Shown here: positions 37,401 through 50,259 of the stretch, piece after piece
Layout of the letters: each line of letters begins with the position of its first letter
Numbering within the stretch: position 1 is the first letter of the stretch
Assembly: GCA_003971905.1 (NCBI GenBank)
Contig: RSEE01000064.1
Span: 310,001-374,000, forward strand
DNA length: 64,000 nucleotides
Direction: 5' to 3'
From: Moniliella sp. 'wahieum'
Taxonomy: Eukaryota
Notes under the pieces: model-generated
What the model saw: the letters and a program-made list of their open reading frames with translations, nothing else
Database searches by the model: none
What the model was told of the DNA's origin: nothing
Made by a program: the position numbers and the translations under genes

Positions 37401-40400
37401 ATGCGCCCTCTGTCTCTCGCGTATACGCTTTCAGAGCTATTTCAGCAAGTCGTTGAGGCCCGGCGTTCAATCGTGCAAGAGTCGCAGCACCTAATACAGA
37501 CGGATTGTTTGCAGGAACGTGAACGGTTGGGAAAGACAATCAGAGTCGCGTGGAAAATGCGACTTTTGTTGAGCGCACCATATATATCGCGCGCTATGCC
37601 ACATGCCCGGAACAAGGGAGAATGTATCGGAATAATACTGGAGGTGGGGGCAGGAAAAAGTACTATAGTGGGGTTTGTTGAGTGTTTCGATCTGCCGTTG
37701 CCAGTCGAAAGACATAAATGTTTACTGTGCGGCTGCGCTGGATAACATATCACACCATGAAGAAGATGTGTCGGAAGGTTGATGGAAAGAAAGATCGAGT
37801 GGCTCTGTCCATGTTGAAAGGAAGGAAGGAGTGTCAGTCTCATTAGGCTAACGGAAGGGTATATATAACGACAGGACATAGATCCCCTTTGACGAAAGGA
37901 AGTCTCTGGTAACACCCATCTTCAGTGTATGATATACAAGGAGTGGCAGCCCTCTCAACCAACCCCCGGAACCCAGGCGGATTGGCAAGGATTATGCAGT
38001 CACAGGTCACGGGCTGCGGACCCGAGATTGTCCGACCCAAGCCCATGACCACAGTATACTATAGGCTCTCTGCTTACACGACCGGGGGTATACTTCTTGG
38101 CTTAAAATGCGTATCAAGTACGAATGCTATCAGAGAATGCGGCAAGCTCACAAACCAACACGTATCCGAAGAAGGGTATGTATATGCCTGAAATACAGCT
38201 AATTCTCCCAGCTCCACAGAAAGCTTGATAGGGGGGAGGCTTTTTGATAGGAGGAAATGTGTGACTGTCGTTATCACTCCCGTGAGCCAACCCCGCGTTC
38301 ATCCGTTGCATGAGCATGTGTACTCTCATTGCATCCAACACACTATATTCATGTGGGGTTGAACTTTGGCTATCCACCACATAAATTATGAGCCCACTGA
38401 CTGACGCAAGTAATGGGGAGCTTGAGGCAACCGCTCTAAACATCATATGGGCATGATTCCGTATTATGTAGATCTTCCTTGAAGCCTGACCCCTTTGCCC
38501 CACCCATGCGTTGCCACTTCGCGTGTGGTTGCATCTCTTTTTTCTCTGGTGTATATACACGTCACCATTCCACGCAGTGTGTGTGCATGAATACCTTGAT
38601 TGGGAAGGCCGGTGGTCTGTGGCTATATCCTGCGTAATCTTGAGGCTTGAAGCTTCAAGCTTGACGCTCGATCGCAACGAGGTGTCAGTACATCAGTGCG
38701 GGGAATGAGTGAGTGAAACGACTTCTATGGCGGGCGAGCCATCGTGGTGGCCTTTCGCTCAGATCTCAATGAGTCATTCCCGGGACAATGAGGCGTGTAC
38801 AACAGCCAACTAAAGCTATAAAGGCCGATATCTGAAGCTTACGTTAGCGTATGTTGTGTGGCTTGCTTGCTTTGAAATTGGAAGGCAGATGAGCGCTGAG
38901 CAGCGGATCATCGATCGATGTGCTGTTTGGGCCACCCCACCGATCCCTCCGAGACGAGCAAGAGAGCAATTGGAGGCAAGGCAAGGAAGGGAGCGAGGCG
39001 CAGTATGGCCGAAGTGCTGTAAAGGTTAAAGGCCAAGCCCTGACTACGACCTAGCCGTGGGGCAGCGCAGGGCAGCGCCTGTGGCGGGACAAGCGGGGCG
39101 AAAGGGAGGCGGCACGGGAGGGCAGGGTTAGGGACTGCCTCGTGTGGGATCTGGGACGGGAGGGCGATCGAGAGGGGGATTTGGTGATACGTCTGGTTTG
39201 TTTGGACAGGGTCCGCAGGGTCCCGCGAGGCATTCCGATCTTGTGCGTCAAATTCTGTCGGGATCAGAATGGAGATGGGGCGACTTTTTGTGGCTGTCGA
39301 CCGAGATCAGGCCTATGGCACTACCTGTTGGCATAGCAGAGGCGGTAACGTTTAACAGAGGCATTGCAGGCTTTGCATCCTGCCCCCCCTCCTGCCCTGC
39401 TTTTCTCTCCTCAGGCCCTGAGGCCTCAGGGATCTCAGGTGGCGGTGGCGCCTGTGGCGGTGCAAGGAGGGCTAAGAACAGGATCGTGCGACGCGTGATG
39501 CCGCGTGAAGCACATAACATCACCACAGATATGGCATACCACAACCAGCTGTCCTTTCCGCCTCTCCAGCCTCCCCCAGATTTCAGGGCGAGAGGCGACA
39601 ATCTGCTTGCTATACAATGCAACCTCCAATCAATAATCGGTCCTGGATCATGATGCAGATCATGGGGGGATGGCACAGCCCAGCGGGCGGCTATTCCAGA
39701 CTAACCCTTTCGAAGCTGTGGTACATGGATCCAAAGCTCTGGAACAGCCAACGCTACTCTACAGTTAGAGCTGCCAAGAACAGGGTACAGATTTCCTCCT
39801 ACACAGCCATCTCGGAAGTATTTTAAGTTCAGCGACTGTGATTTGATGCATGCTTTTGTGGGGTGTGGCCTGGTGTGGTTCATCGATCCTGATCAAGCTC
39901 TTCGTGATGTGTGAGGTGCATATGAGGCTGCAACATGCATACTCGTACAATAAGGTGGGACACGTGCCTACTAGACATCGTATCACATCCACTCTCTCCG
40001 CACCATATTTTCCGTACTGCAGAGAGAAGAACGAGAACCTGAACGTGCTGAACCCCCGAGACCGACTCGAAGCCCCCCTGTTTCTCAGCGCCCTGCAGGA
40101 TGGGACGTCCCTGGCGGAAGGGGCTGTAGGGGCTATCGTAGATCACATCATAGGGTGTATAGGGGGGGTTGGTGCAGTTTTTGCGGCACAACTTTATACG
40201 TAGGACAGCGATACGCTCGATCGCGAGGACCCGAGCAGGTGCGACATGCGCCATGCGAACGCCCTCCAGAGGCCCTCCAGAGGCCCTAGCCTGCACCAGC
40301 CTGAGAGACTCGGGCGCTCACATATCACAGACAGGCCTAGAGGGAGAGAATAGGATCCATTGCTTCATAATGAAGGGTAGCCGGTAGGGCGCCAATATAG

Positions 40401-41965
40401 AGTCAGCGCAGTCAACAGCACATCACACAAAGGCGGTTAGACAAACACACTAATAAAAACGCCACTGTAACCTATACTGTCTTGGAGTTGGATAGTACTA
40501 TAGCTAGTCATTAACGTTTAACCCAGTATACTGATGCGCCTCTCGTTTGCAACATCTGTTGGCGCCGTAAGGGCAAGTAGGGCGGGTTCCGACCGGCTAC
40601 GATGACTCTCTTCTGCGGTATGGGCGCACAGCTAGATGTCCAGAAGCTCAGATGAGAATGTCGTACCGCGCAGCTATTACTACCGCGCGGCGACGCACCC
40701 TGCACGGCGTGCGTGGCGTGGCGTGTTGGCCGTTTTTCCCGCGGGGGGGAGCGCCATGCGCCCCGCGCGCCCCTGCCCACAACCAGCCTCCACCGTGGGG
40801 CGTCGAGGGTGCTGCGACAGGGAAAGGCATCCGTAAAGCTTACCGTCTGAAGCTCAGGCTGAGGCGCTGAGAGGCTGAGGCCTGAGGCCCTGAGGTCTGA
40901 TGCAGCTGATGCGGCTGGGCGGCAGCTGAAGCCCTGTGAGGCGCGCTGAGAGAGGAGAAGGGCACAGATCTGGGCTGGTCGAAGGGATCTAGATCTCATG
41001 CGATGAGACACTGGTCTAACCAATACGATCGGGTTGATCATTGGGGTTTTGAAGTGACAAAAGTTGATCCTTTTACTGGCTTGTGTAGCACGTGACATGT
41101 GTGGCGTGTGACGCCCATCATGTCATGCATCATCATCGACCTCGACATCATCTGCATCGTCAAAACATCATCTGCATCGTCGACATGTACCGTATCATAC
41201 GCGGCACAGAGTGACTCAGGACTCAGTTACTCAGCATACTCCATTACCCAGGACCCAGCAGCACTCAATACTCCGTGCCTGCGCCCACATGTCTCGCGTG
41301 ACGCACAGTCTGCTGTAACGGGGATCACGATCTCAGAGAGTGCCCGTTTTTTGCTGGTCTCAATCATCGAAATCAACTTAATCAACATCCCTACCATAGT
41401 TAAGGCAATCAATGCGGTGGCTTATTCCACCCACATCTTCTTCGCGCGCCGTTTATATACGCCGTGCCCGTCACGCTCACCATTACTTCCCATAAGAACA
41501 AAGTATTGTTTCCTTTGTCCATGAAGCTGAAGCAGAGAGGTCGCAGGCATGTAATGGATTTCCGAGTGCGCTGTAGTGGGAGGTGTGTTGCTGTCACCGA
41601 ATGACTAAGCTCGCTCCAATTTCCAATTCCGCATCCTGTGTCTCTTGCTCTTCCCTTCCCTTTTGCTTCTGTTCTCTGCCTGATGCCTTCTGTTTCCTCC
41701 CACGAACGATCCTGCCTTTCCCCCCGCCTCTGACAGGACCTTGGTCTCCTCGTTTAGCCCCGACTGTTACAGTTGCATAGGCCAAAAAGAAAGGGAAAAG
41801 TCGATGCGGGGCCGTCTGGATGATGTGTGTGTGTGCCAGAGGAAACTTACCGTCAAAATACCCGTAATACTCATTATGAGGCATGGACCCATACTTCTTA
41901 CCGTGGCTTCAAAACATACCATCATGTTGTCCTCCTACCAACAGCTGCTTTATCAAATTGTTTCC

Positions 41966-44900
41966 TCACCAGAGGGCGGCCTTTCCAGGCCCAAAGATGG
42001 ATCTGGCACAAGTGCGTTGGGTGCTACGACAGCTACAGCCAACCCACACCACGTGTATAACGTACAAAGAAACAAAAAACGGGGACAAAACAAGCAAACA
42101 TTCCATAAGGGGGGGCGCATGGAGCATACCCCGGTCGTCAAGCCAAAGCAGGGAGCGTAGCAGTCGTAAGTGGTGCGTGGGATTTGGGGAACCAAGACAG
42201 TTGGTCCGAGGGGAATGTGTGGCGCAAGGGCCAAGGGGTGGGGTGGATACTTCCTGACCATCCCACACGTCCAACACAGACGAGCAGGAAGAATCTTCGT
42301 CGAGCATGTCGCCTTCAGCGGGGACAGCATCGCACCCAGTGCGTCGTGCGTCGAGCCAGGCGCGGCCGACCAGAGGTAACACAAGTGAGTGAGAATGTCG
42401 ATGGCCGTATCGCGGACGGGGAGGAAGTGGGTAGGGTGGGCGAGGTGGGCGTGCGGGCCAAACGCGCCGCAGCTCCAGTGCCGGGAGGAGGAGGTGAGGT
42501 GCAGATTGATGCGGGGGGAAGAGGACGTCATCAGCGCGTCCGCGGGTAGTCGCGAGCTCGGTGGCAAGACGACGCAAGAACCACCCAGCCCATGTGGCAC
42601 AGATCAGGGAGAACGTCCCCGTTGCATCGTCCGAGTGAGCAGCTTCGTCCAAGGGTACACCATGGGACTCAAGTAAGATTCCTTCTGCCTCTTGTCCCGC
42701 TGCGTCGCCCAAGACCAGTCGGACGCATGCCACTACCGCCGCTGCGGCCAAGGGGCCAAAGGCGTGGAACACATCGAGATGCGAAATCAGGTCGAGCGTC
42801 TCCTCTTGTGCCACAGCCACGCGGTCGGCAGAAGCGAAAAAGTTCCAAGTGATCCGGGTGAGGCGGGCTGCAAGGTGGGCTGGTGTGCCGGGCACAGGTC
42901 TCGTTCGCCTCGGCTACCAAGTCTTCCATCTCTCCGCCGCCTCATCTTGGAGCACAGACAGACGCAGCGGGCGCAGAAACGCACCCAAATCCGTCTGCTC
43001 GGACGCATCAAGGTCCGGGGCGTCGCACCCACCATCGTTCCGTACTCGGCCAAGAAGGCCAAGAGCGACACACCACCCTCTGTGTCCCATCCATCCTCGC
43101 CTTCTTCCGACAGCGTATCCACCTCGTGCAATCCGCTTCCTGCCCACTCGGTCCGCCACGCCAAGGTCCGAGGTGCGGTGGCGTGCACCAGCGAGGTGAA
43201 CAGCATCCAGCCACGGCCCAGCTCAGCCATGTGCATCCGACTGGAGAGGACCAAGAGGGGGGTAGACAGGTACGCGTTCCCCCCGCTGTGGAGCAGGCGG
43301 CGGCAGCGGCCAAGGTCGTGCGTGGGGGCAACATCGCAAGTGCCGCATCAAGGTCGAGGGCGAGAACGGGTTGGAGCCAGAGCGGGAGAGAGACGAGGTA
43401 TGGGACGAAGAGGCAGTTTCGCGTTCCATCTGCTCCTCACCGTTTTCCACTGCCACGACGCGACCCGACGGAGCAAGCGACCAAACGTGTGTTCCGTCTT
43501 GGCCATCCGACCCAGGGCAAGGGCGGCGGTAGCGTCAATGCGCAGGTTGCCTACATTGTTGTGAGCGAGGCGGTGCAGACGGGATCGACGCAAGGTAGAG
43601 AGGAGCGTGTGGGCTCGCAACTCGGCGCTGGCTCGGCAAAGGGACCGAGGGACGTCTCCAATTCCAACAGACGAAACCATGCGTGGCAGGCAAGTTAAAC
43701 TCCGTGCCATTGCTTGTCTCATCATCTTCGTGTCCTCACTGTCGGCATCGTCCGAGGGGGCGGTAGCCAAAGCAGGGAAAACAGCGGCCAGCCAACGGTC
43801 CGGAAGAAGCAAGAGGAGAAGCTCGTACGCAATGCCTCCCATCGCCACCCAACCAGAACGTGGTGCGTTCAAGTACACCCGGAAAGCAGCGTCCGTGTCG
43901 ACGGGAGCAGCGCGCGGCGTGGAGTTGGGCCATGAGGCGAGCGGGCACGGATCTCAGCTTGGACGGGAGACGAAGTGGGCTTGGCAGGACTTGCGAACCG
44001 GGGCAAAACGCGCTCCACAGCGGGGCCAACAGGACGAGCAAGCATGCGATCCCGAGCCAGAACCGTAGAGAGGAAATAATGGTCTGCACGGTGGACCCGA
44101 TCGGATCGTTCAGATTCTGAATGATCCCTTGGCGGAAGTTTGTTGGTCCACCCATGTAACTCCCAAGAAAGCAGCCATCATATACACCCCCCGATACGGC
44201 CGGGTTGGGCGACCGAGTGCCAGAGCCAGCTTCATACCCGTGCGGAGAGGAGGTGTCGCTCATCGTGTCCTCATCCATGCTTTCGCGAAGAGGGTTCAGG
44301 TCCTGGGTTCCGTCGGCGCTGACATAGGCGCTCAAGCTATCACTCTTGTTGGTCTGGGGGGTAATAGCCGCCTTCTCAGCTGCCGTTCACGCTTGATGCA
44401 CTCCATCTCCTTGAGCCACGCGTCGAGCAACTCCTCACCTCCACAGAAGGAGCGGAGGAGTTCTTTGAATCCTTCAATTTCCATCATCAGGTCCGACTCG
44501 CGACGCTTGAGATAGTAAATGTACTCGGTGGATTTGGCAAGGATAGTGGCCTTGTTGAGCTTGGTCGCCAAGCTGATCCCATCCACCACCTGCGCAGGCT
44601 TCTTCGATCGACTACTGCGTTTCTTTCGTCCGCCTTCCTCTTCCTCGGTCGGACGAAAGTCACGCAGGGCCGGCACGGCGTTACGCAGAACGGCAATACG
44701 GTCATTGATGTTGTTACGGTACCTGCGCTCGATCGCATTGTGAGGTTCCTTGGACCGTGTCCCATCCATGTCAATATCGTCCATATCCATCGACCGTTTG
44801 CGGTTCCGGCCGTTGGACCTCTTCCGTTCTTCTCCCGTGCCTGTTCCACTTTGAGCCGGGCGCGGGTAAAGGTGCTGGGCCCAACGAGCTTCCCGCTCGG

Positions 44901-46231
44901 CGGTGATCTGTTGGACTTGCTTGAGAGCGGATTGGATCCCATCAAAGCCTAACAAGGAAGAAAAAGGAGACAAGGTTAGTCACAGAAGGAACAGCAAGAA
45001 GGGAAGCAAAAAGCCATTAACACGTACTTTCCGGTTCGAGGACACCCCATTCGGTAGGCTTGCTCTCCTTTTCGTTGGAAGCCGTGCCGGAAGCGGAGTG
45101 ACACGGAGTTTGTGTGCCAGACTGGTCTCGGACATGATCTTCTTATTGAAAGGAATGGTGGCATCCGCCATGCCCGTGGGCACGACCCCAGGTGCGGCAA
45201 AAGGGGCAAGAAGCGAAGGAGGCATTTCCTGCGTATCTGTGCCGGCCCGTTGCCGATTGAGCCGGTTCTTGACAGCCGTCGCAAATACGCCCCCGGCCGC
45301 CTGCTGGGTTGCTGAACTACCGTGGCTGACGGTGTGGGAACGGCCGGTGCGCACACGCGCGGAACGGACGCCACTCATATCGGAGGCAGCGGGGCTGTAG
45401 CCAAAGGGGCTGGAAGTGGCGGAGGGGTTGTGGGGGACGCCGCCCATCTGGAGAAGATGGGTGAGTTGGGGGTGGGAAAGCGTGGTGGGATCGGTGCTGA
45501 GAGCAGGCATCGGGGAGACAAAGGGATGCTCGGTAGTGTGGAGGAAGAGACGTCGCCCCAGGTGGGCGTGAAACTAGGAGTAGAACCCCAGAGCAACAGT
45601 AGAGGTGGGCTTGCCAGTTTGTTGATACTGTTGGTACATCATGGCCTGAAGCCAGGCGGCCGCGGCGGGCCCACCAGGCAGAGGGTTGGGGTAGGGCGAA
45701 GCAGTGCGGTCTTCCTGCATCTGCAGCGCAGTCTGGACAGCGGAGAAGTTGTTGAGGGGAGAAGGGACAGCGAGATGGGGGTCGGCCGGGCGGTCGCCCG
45801 CGCTGGAGGAGGCAGGAGACGTGTCCTTGGGCATGTAGATCGACTGCTGGGCAGCGTAATTGGGATTCGATGGCGACGACTCGGACGGGCCGTCGGCAGA
45901 AGAGCGGCTGGGCTGAGTGTCCATGCTGGTCGCCTGGTGGTAGCGGGTTGGGAGAAGTGGGGCTGGTGAGGGAGAGAAAAGAGGTTCTGTTGGTCGTGGT
46001 AGGCCTGCGGCTGCGGCTGCGCACCGTTCCAAGGTGGTTGGGCATTGTGCACGCCGGAACCCATAGAGAGGAGGTACATGGCCATGGCCTGGTCCATGTC
46101 ACCGTTGGGGGCGGGTGGTTCGGGTCGCGGGGCGCGCCGAGGGATGGGAGGGAGGAGGCCGGCCGTGGGGCCGAGTTGGCGCGGGCCCGGCCGCGCTGCG
46201 CAGCGTCGGAGGCAGCGGCAGCAGAGTGCAT
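41966..46231 (-). CDS. SREBP-type membrane-tethered bHLH transcription factor (Sre1-like); ends approximate, frameshifted
   Basis: bHLH HNAIERRYRNNINDRIAVLRNAVPAL...KLNKATILAKSTEYIYYL contains the SREBP-diagnostic Tyr in the basic region. A hydrophobic segment (FWLGIACLLVLLAPLWSAF) and a long C-terminal domain follow. Intron 44949-45027 (GTACGT..ACTAAC..TAG). Confidence 0.85.
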
Positions 46232-47144
46232 GGGGAGGATGGCGGTGGCGGCGGCGACGGCGACGGTGGCGACGGTGGCGACGGTGGTGGTCGAGACGCG
46301 AGAGGTGGGACGAGGCGAGGCAGCTATGAGCACGCGGGCGCCCGCTTGGGCACACGGTGGAGGAGGATGCGCCAAGGGCGGCAGTTGGCACGAGGGCGCG
46401 GATGCTGTCGCCGCAACACTCGGCCCGTGCCCACGAGCGCGCTCCCACAGGCTATTTCAGCAGCAATCGCACCGCCCAGCCTCTCGGATCTCATCGCTCT
46501 CAGCGCCAAGCAGCCAAGCGTCGCTGGCGCAGCTGCCTCGCCCGGCGTCTGCTCGCTCAGGCTCAGCGCCCACACCGAGCTAGCTCGCCCCCAAACCGTT
46601 CCATGCTTCGCTGGGCACTCCCCCCGTTTGACGCCGCCGGCCCAAGTGGTCTACTTTTTTATAACTGCCGTTTGGCGGGCAACATGTAAGCCAGGTGATA
46701 GACTCACCCACATTGCCCCCCCGAGGCCACACGCCTCGGGCATCGGGCCAGCAGCCTCCGGCGCCTCACGCGACGCCCATCCCCTCTCCATCCCACTGCC
46801 CCTGCTCCGCCCTCCCGCCCTTGTGCGGAATGAGCCAGAATGGGCCCATCGCTTTCTTGAAATGCACACCCTGACTAGCCGAGGGAGCACGATCGCAAGC
46901 ACAGCGTTTGGGCATTCCATTCCATGTTGTGACTCCCGCCATGGCAGCATTGGCGGCGTCAATGTCCTGAGGCCTGAGAGGAACGGAGGCACTGTGGACG
47001 CCACAGGGAGTACGCTGGGGGGGCGAGAGCGGGTATCGTATCCATTGGAAGGGTCGTGGGGCAAGCAAATTGATCGATGATCTCACTGTTGCCACATCTG
47101 CTCTGGTTCCATTCAAGTATTCCGAACAACGCTGGGTATCAACA

Positions 47145-47230
47145 TCTCCGATAGTTTAGTGGCTATGACACGTCCCTGTCATGTTCTTGGACGTTCGGAC
47201 GAGACCCGGGTTCGATTCCCGGTCGGAGAG
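47145..47230 (+). tRNA. tRNA-Asp(GTC) with 14-nt intron (47182-47195)
   Basis: Acceptor stem TCTCCGA/TCGGAGA with discriminator G. Anticodon stem CGTCC/GGACG with CT-GTC-A loop. T-loop GGTTCGATTCC. T7 terminator at 47231-47237. Confidence 0.93.
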
Positions 47231-49501
47231 TTTTTTTGTTTCGCTTCCAGTCGCCACGCCACTTCTCGTGGTTGGACAACTCCCGTCTGCTGTCCATCGC
47301 AAGTGTAATCATCGATCATCATCGCATCGGTCTTGGGACGTCGAAGTAGTACGCCCCATTCCATTGCAGCCCATAACCTTCCCCCACCCCCCACGCCCAA
47401 CCTACCCCAAACCTCAGGCCTCAGGCCTCGGCTTCAGCGGCCTCGCGGCCTCAGCTTTTCTCAACCGCTCGTACTCGACCGCGCAGTCGTCCCACCTTGA
47501 CAGCTAACCCACAAAGCTCGCCAGCCACCAGTCGACGCAATAGGTTCATCTGACCTGCGTTGGTCCAAGCGGCTGTAAAATCGATCTAAAGTTTGATGTC
47601 ACTGATTGCTGTTTCGGTGCGGAGTTTGTAGCCTAAAGCCCACACGAAGAAAGCCTCGAGTCACTAGTCACATGTCACGGGCTGCCACGGGTTGGTCGGT
47701 CAGTCCAGCGGCCCCGGACGTGCCAGGACGAAGGTCGTGTACCCCAAGCCAAGGTGCCCTGGTACACGTAAACCTGGCCTGCCTTGGCCCGGTTCCACCT
47801 CAACGCCTCAACGCCTCAACGTTCAACGCCACACATGATCTTATCACGCCCCACCTTATGGTGGCCTGGGTCAAACGGAGTACCCCAGGGTACCCCTTAG
47901 CTCTCCCCCGCCTTGGCTATGGTCAGTACACCAACTCCCAGCCCAAAGTATTCACCACCCGCACTGGCCACAACCTCGCCCACCTCACCCCACCGAGCCA
48001 ATCACTCTGGCCCACGTGTATGAACGAGGAAGCCAAGCGAATAACGACGATGAACTCCACCCTTTTTTTCTTGAGGCTTGGCGAGGCCGAGCGATGGTGT
48101 CCGAGAGGCCATCCCGAACACTCCGAGCCCGTCCGAACTAGCCCGACCCCAACACGAGCTGGCCCTGCTCGTTCTTGGCATCCTGTTTGAGGCAGGGAGG
48201 CAATGCTAGCCCGAGGCCGAGCCGACGAGTGCGATGGTGCACGTCGCCAATGGGTACCGGTTAGCGCAGATGAGCGAGGGCGTGAGCGGGTCCAATTCAA
48301 AAGAGGCAGCTGCTGCAGGAGAGCGGAGAGGAGTGAGGCTGCTTATGTAATCCTTACGGTTGCCGGGTTAGGATTACAGTTATGCGTGTTACGGGCGGTC
48401 CTTACCGAGGTTACGCATGGGTGGGGTGATCGGTGGGCTTGTGAGGCCCTTGAGGCTGACCTGAGGCTGAGGCTGAGGCTGGCGCTGAGGCTGCTCCAAG
48501 CATCATGCATCAACGTCATCAACACCAAATATCAACGTTCAGGATACGCAGTCCCCGGGGCCTTCGCGAGCTCCTAAGTTCGCGAGCGGGGCCCTAAGGG
48601 GCTGCGGCCGAAAATGGAGGCTGAAGCTGGAAGGTGGGCCGATAGGACAGGACTAGGGCCGACTGACCGATGGACGACCACTTCAGTCCGCCTCTTGTTT
48701 CACATGCACAGTGTACCATGGGCCTCCGGGCGTGCAGAGTGCTGCTCTGCCCTGGAGGCGGAGCTCGACGGCCGAGAGGGCCGAGCGACTAGTGAAGTAA
48801 CCCTGACGCTAGAGACTAGACTGGTGCCCAGGGGCCGAGTCAAGTATGACGCGTGACGCATGCGGAGGAAGACCAAGTGGCTGCTGCACAGCTCTCTGCG
48901 CCGCGTGCATCTCGGCAACAGCTCTGGTGTGGCGTGGGTTGCGTCTGCGGGGCGCCGTTGGGCCAGGGGTTGCGCCTTATTCCTCCGGCCGATTTGAGGG
49001 TTTTTCACGGCTTTCGGCAGGGCGGTGTGGCGTCGCAGAGCAGCTGAGCGTTGTTTGATCCTACGCCAGGATCATGTCGATGATGCACCACTGCTCTTGC
49101 TTATCCCACTGTACGCCTCACGCCTTAAACGGATCCTAGATCTTCGATCATGACAGCCACGCCTCCCCCGTTGCCCGAACTCCGAGAACGAACGGCGGAG
49201 GCCCAGCGCCTCGGCTTGCCTCAGCGCGGAGCTTGTGGGCCAGTGGACAGAATATTGATCCTAGGTAGACGGCAAGCACGGCATTGCGCCTTTTGTCTCT
49301 GCTGCGGGCTATACTCACCATGCTCTGCTGACACTACGCCGCCGAAAAAGGCTGGTCCCGTTCCCATCTCCCTCTTTTGCGTCTCACGGCCCTGGCTGTA
49401 CTGCGCTTGCACCATATATACCACCGCCCCTCTGCCAGCCTTCTTCTCTGCCCCACCACCATCTCCTTCTCCTTCTCCCCCTCTCTCCCTTCTCCTTCAC
49501 C

Positions 49502-50259
49502 ATGCTCTCCCGCACGTTCCTCGCCGTCTCGGCCCTGCTTGCTACCGCCGTGGCCGCTGCCCCCGCCAACCCCCTCGCGGCTCGCAGCCAAGTCCAAACC
49601 CTGGTCATTGGCCATCCTGGCCAACTCAACTACACCGACCACTCCAACCAGGTCAGCCTTCCCCTCTCTTTCACCAGCACAGACGTCGGTACCAAGGCTG
49701 TCGTTTCCACCAGCGTACGTCCCCTTCCCTTCCCTCTCCTCTCCTCTCCTGTCCTCTCCTCCTTTCCTCCCTCCTCTCCATCTGTTATGACGCCCCCTCC
49801 ACAATCTCCCTACCTGTTGCGGTGCGCTCACCCCCATTGTACGTCGCTGCCATTCCACAGAACCCGTCCAACTTCACCTTTGTCTCCGTTGGCTCCAAGT
49901 ACCTCGGCACGCACACTGTCAACCCCGACGAAGGCGGAACCTACTCGGGCATCTTCCGCCTCCAAGCCGACGAAAGCAAGTGCCTCGCCGTGCCGTACCT
50001 GCCTAACCTCAATACGACTGGGGCTACCGTCGCGCTCCAACTGTCTGCTTGCACATACGAGGACTCGGCGGTCCAGAGGAACCAGACGTTCGAGGCTGAG
50101 GAGGACTCGATTAGTTTCACCGCCGGCGAACAGGGCGAAGCAAGCGCGAACGGGTACTTCCCCGTCCTGTCGGGCGATTCGGTCGTGCTCAAGGTGCAGA
50201 GTTACAGCGCTAGCACAGGGTTCTGGTCCGGGAGCGATATCCAGCCTGTTTCGTCATAA
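49502..50259 (+). CDS. Small secreted protein (about 203 aa, two exons), possible ricin-B-like lectin subdomain
   Basis: Signal peptide MLSRTFLAVSALLATAVAAAP. Intron 49715-49860 (GTACGT..CAG, pyrimidine-rich) joins the exons in frame to TAA 50257-50259. Two Cys and several N-x-S/T sites. Confidence 0.8.

Noticed and set aside
36660..37915. Short ORFs on both strands as a possible gene
   Set aside because: No recognisable domain, no consistent splice structure, and composition unlike the confirmed genes.
39051..40370. Minus-strand ORFs with a hydrophobic stretch and Ser/Pro tail (possible membrane protein relic)
   Set aside because: I could not assemble a gene model or recognise a family.
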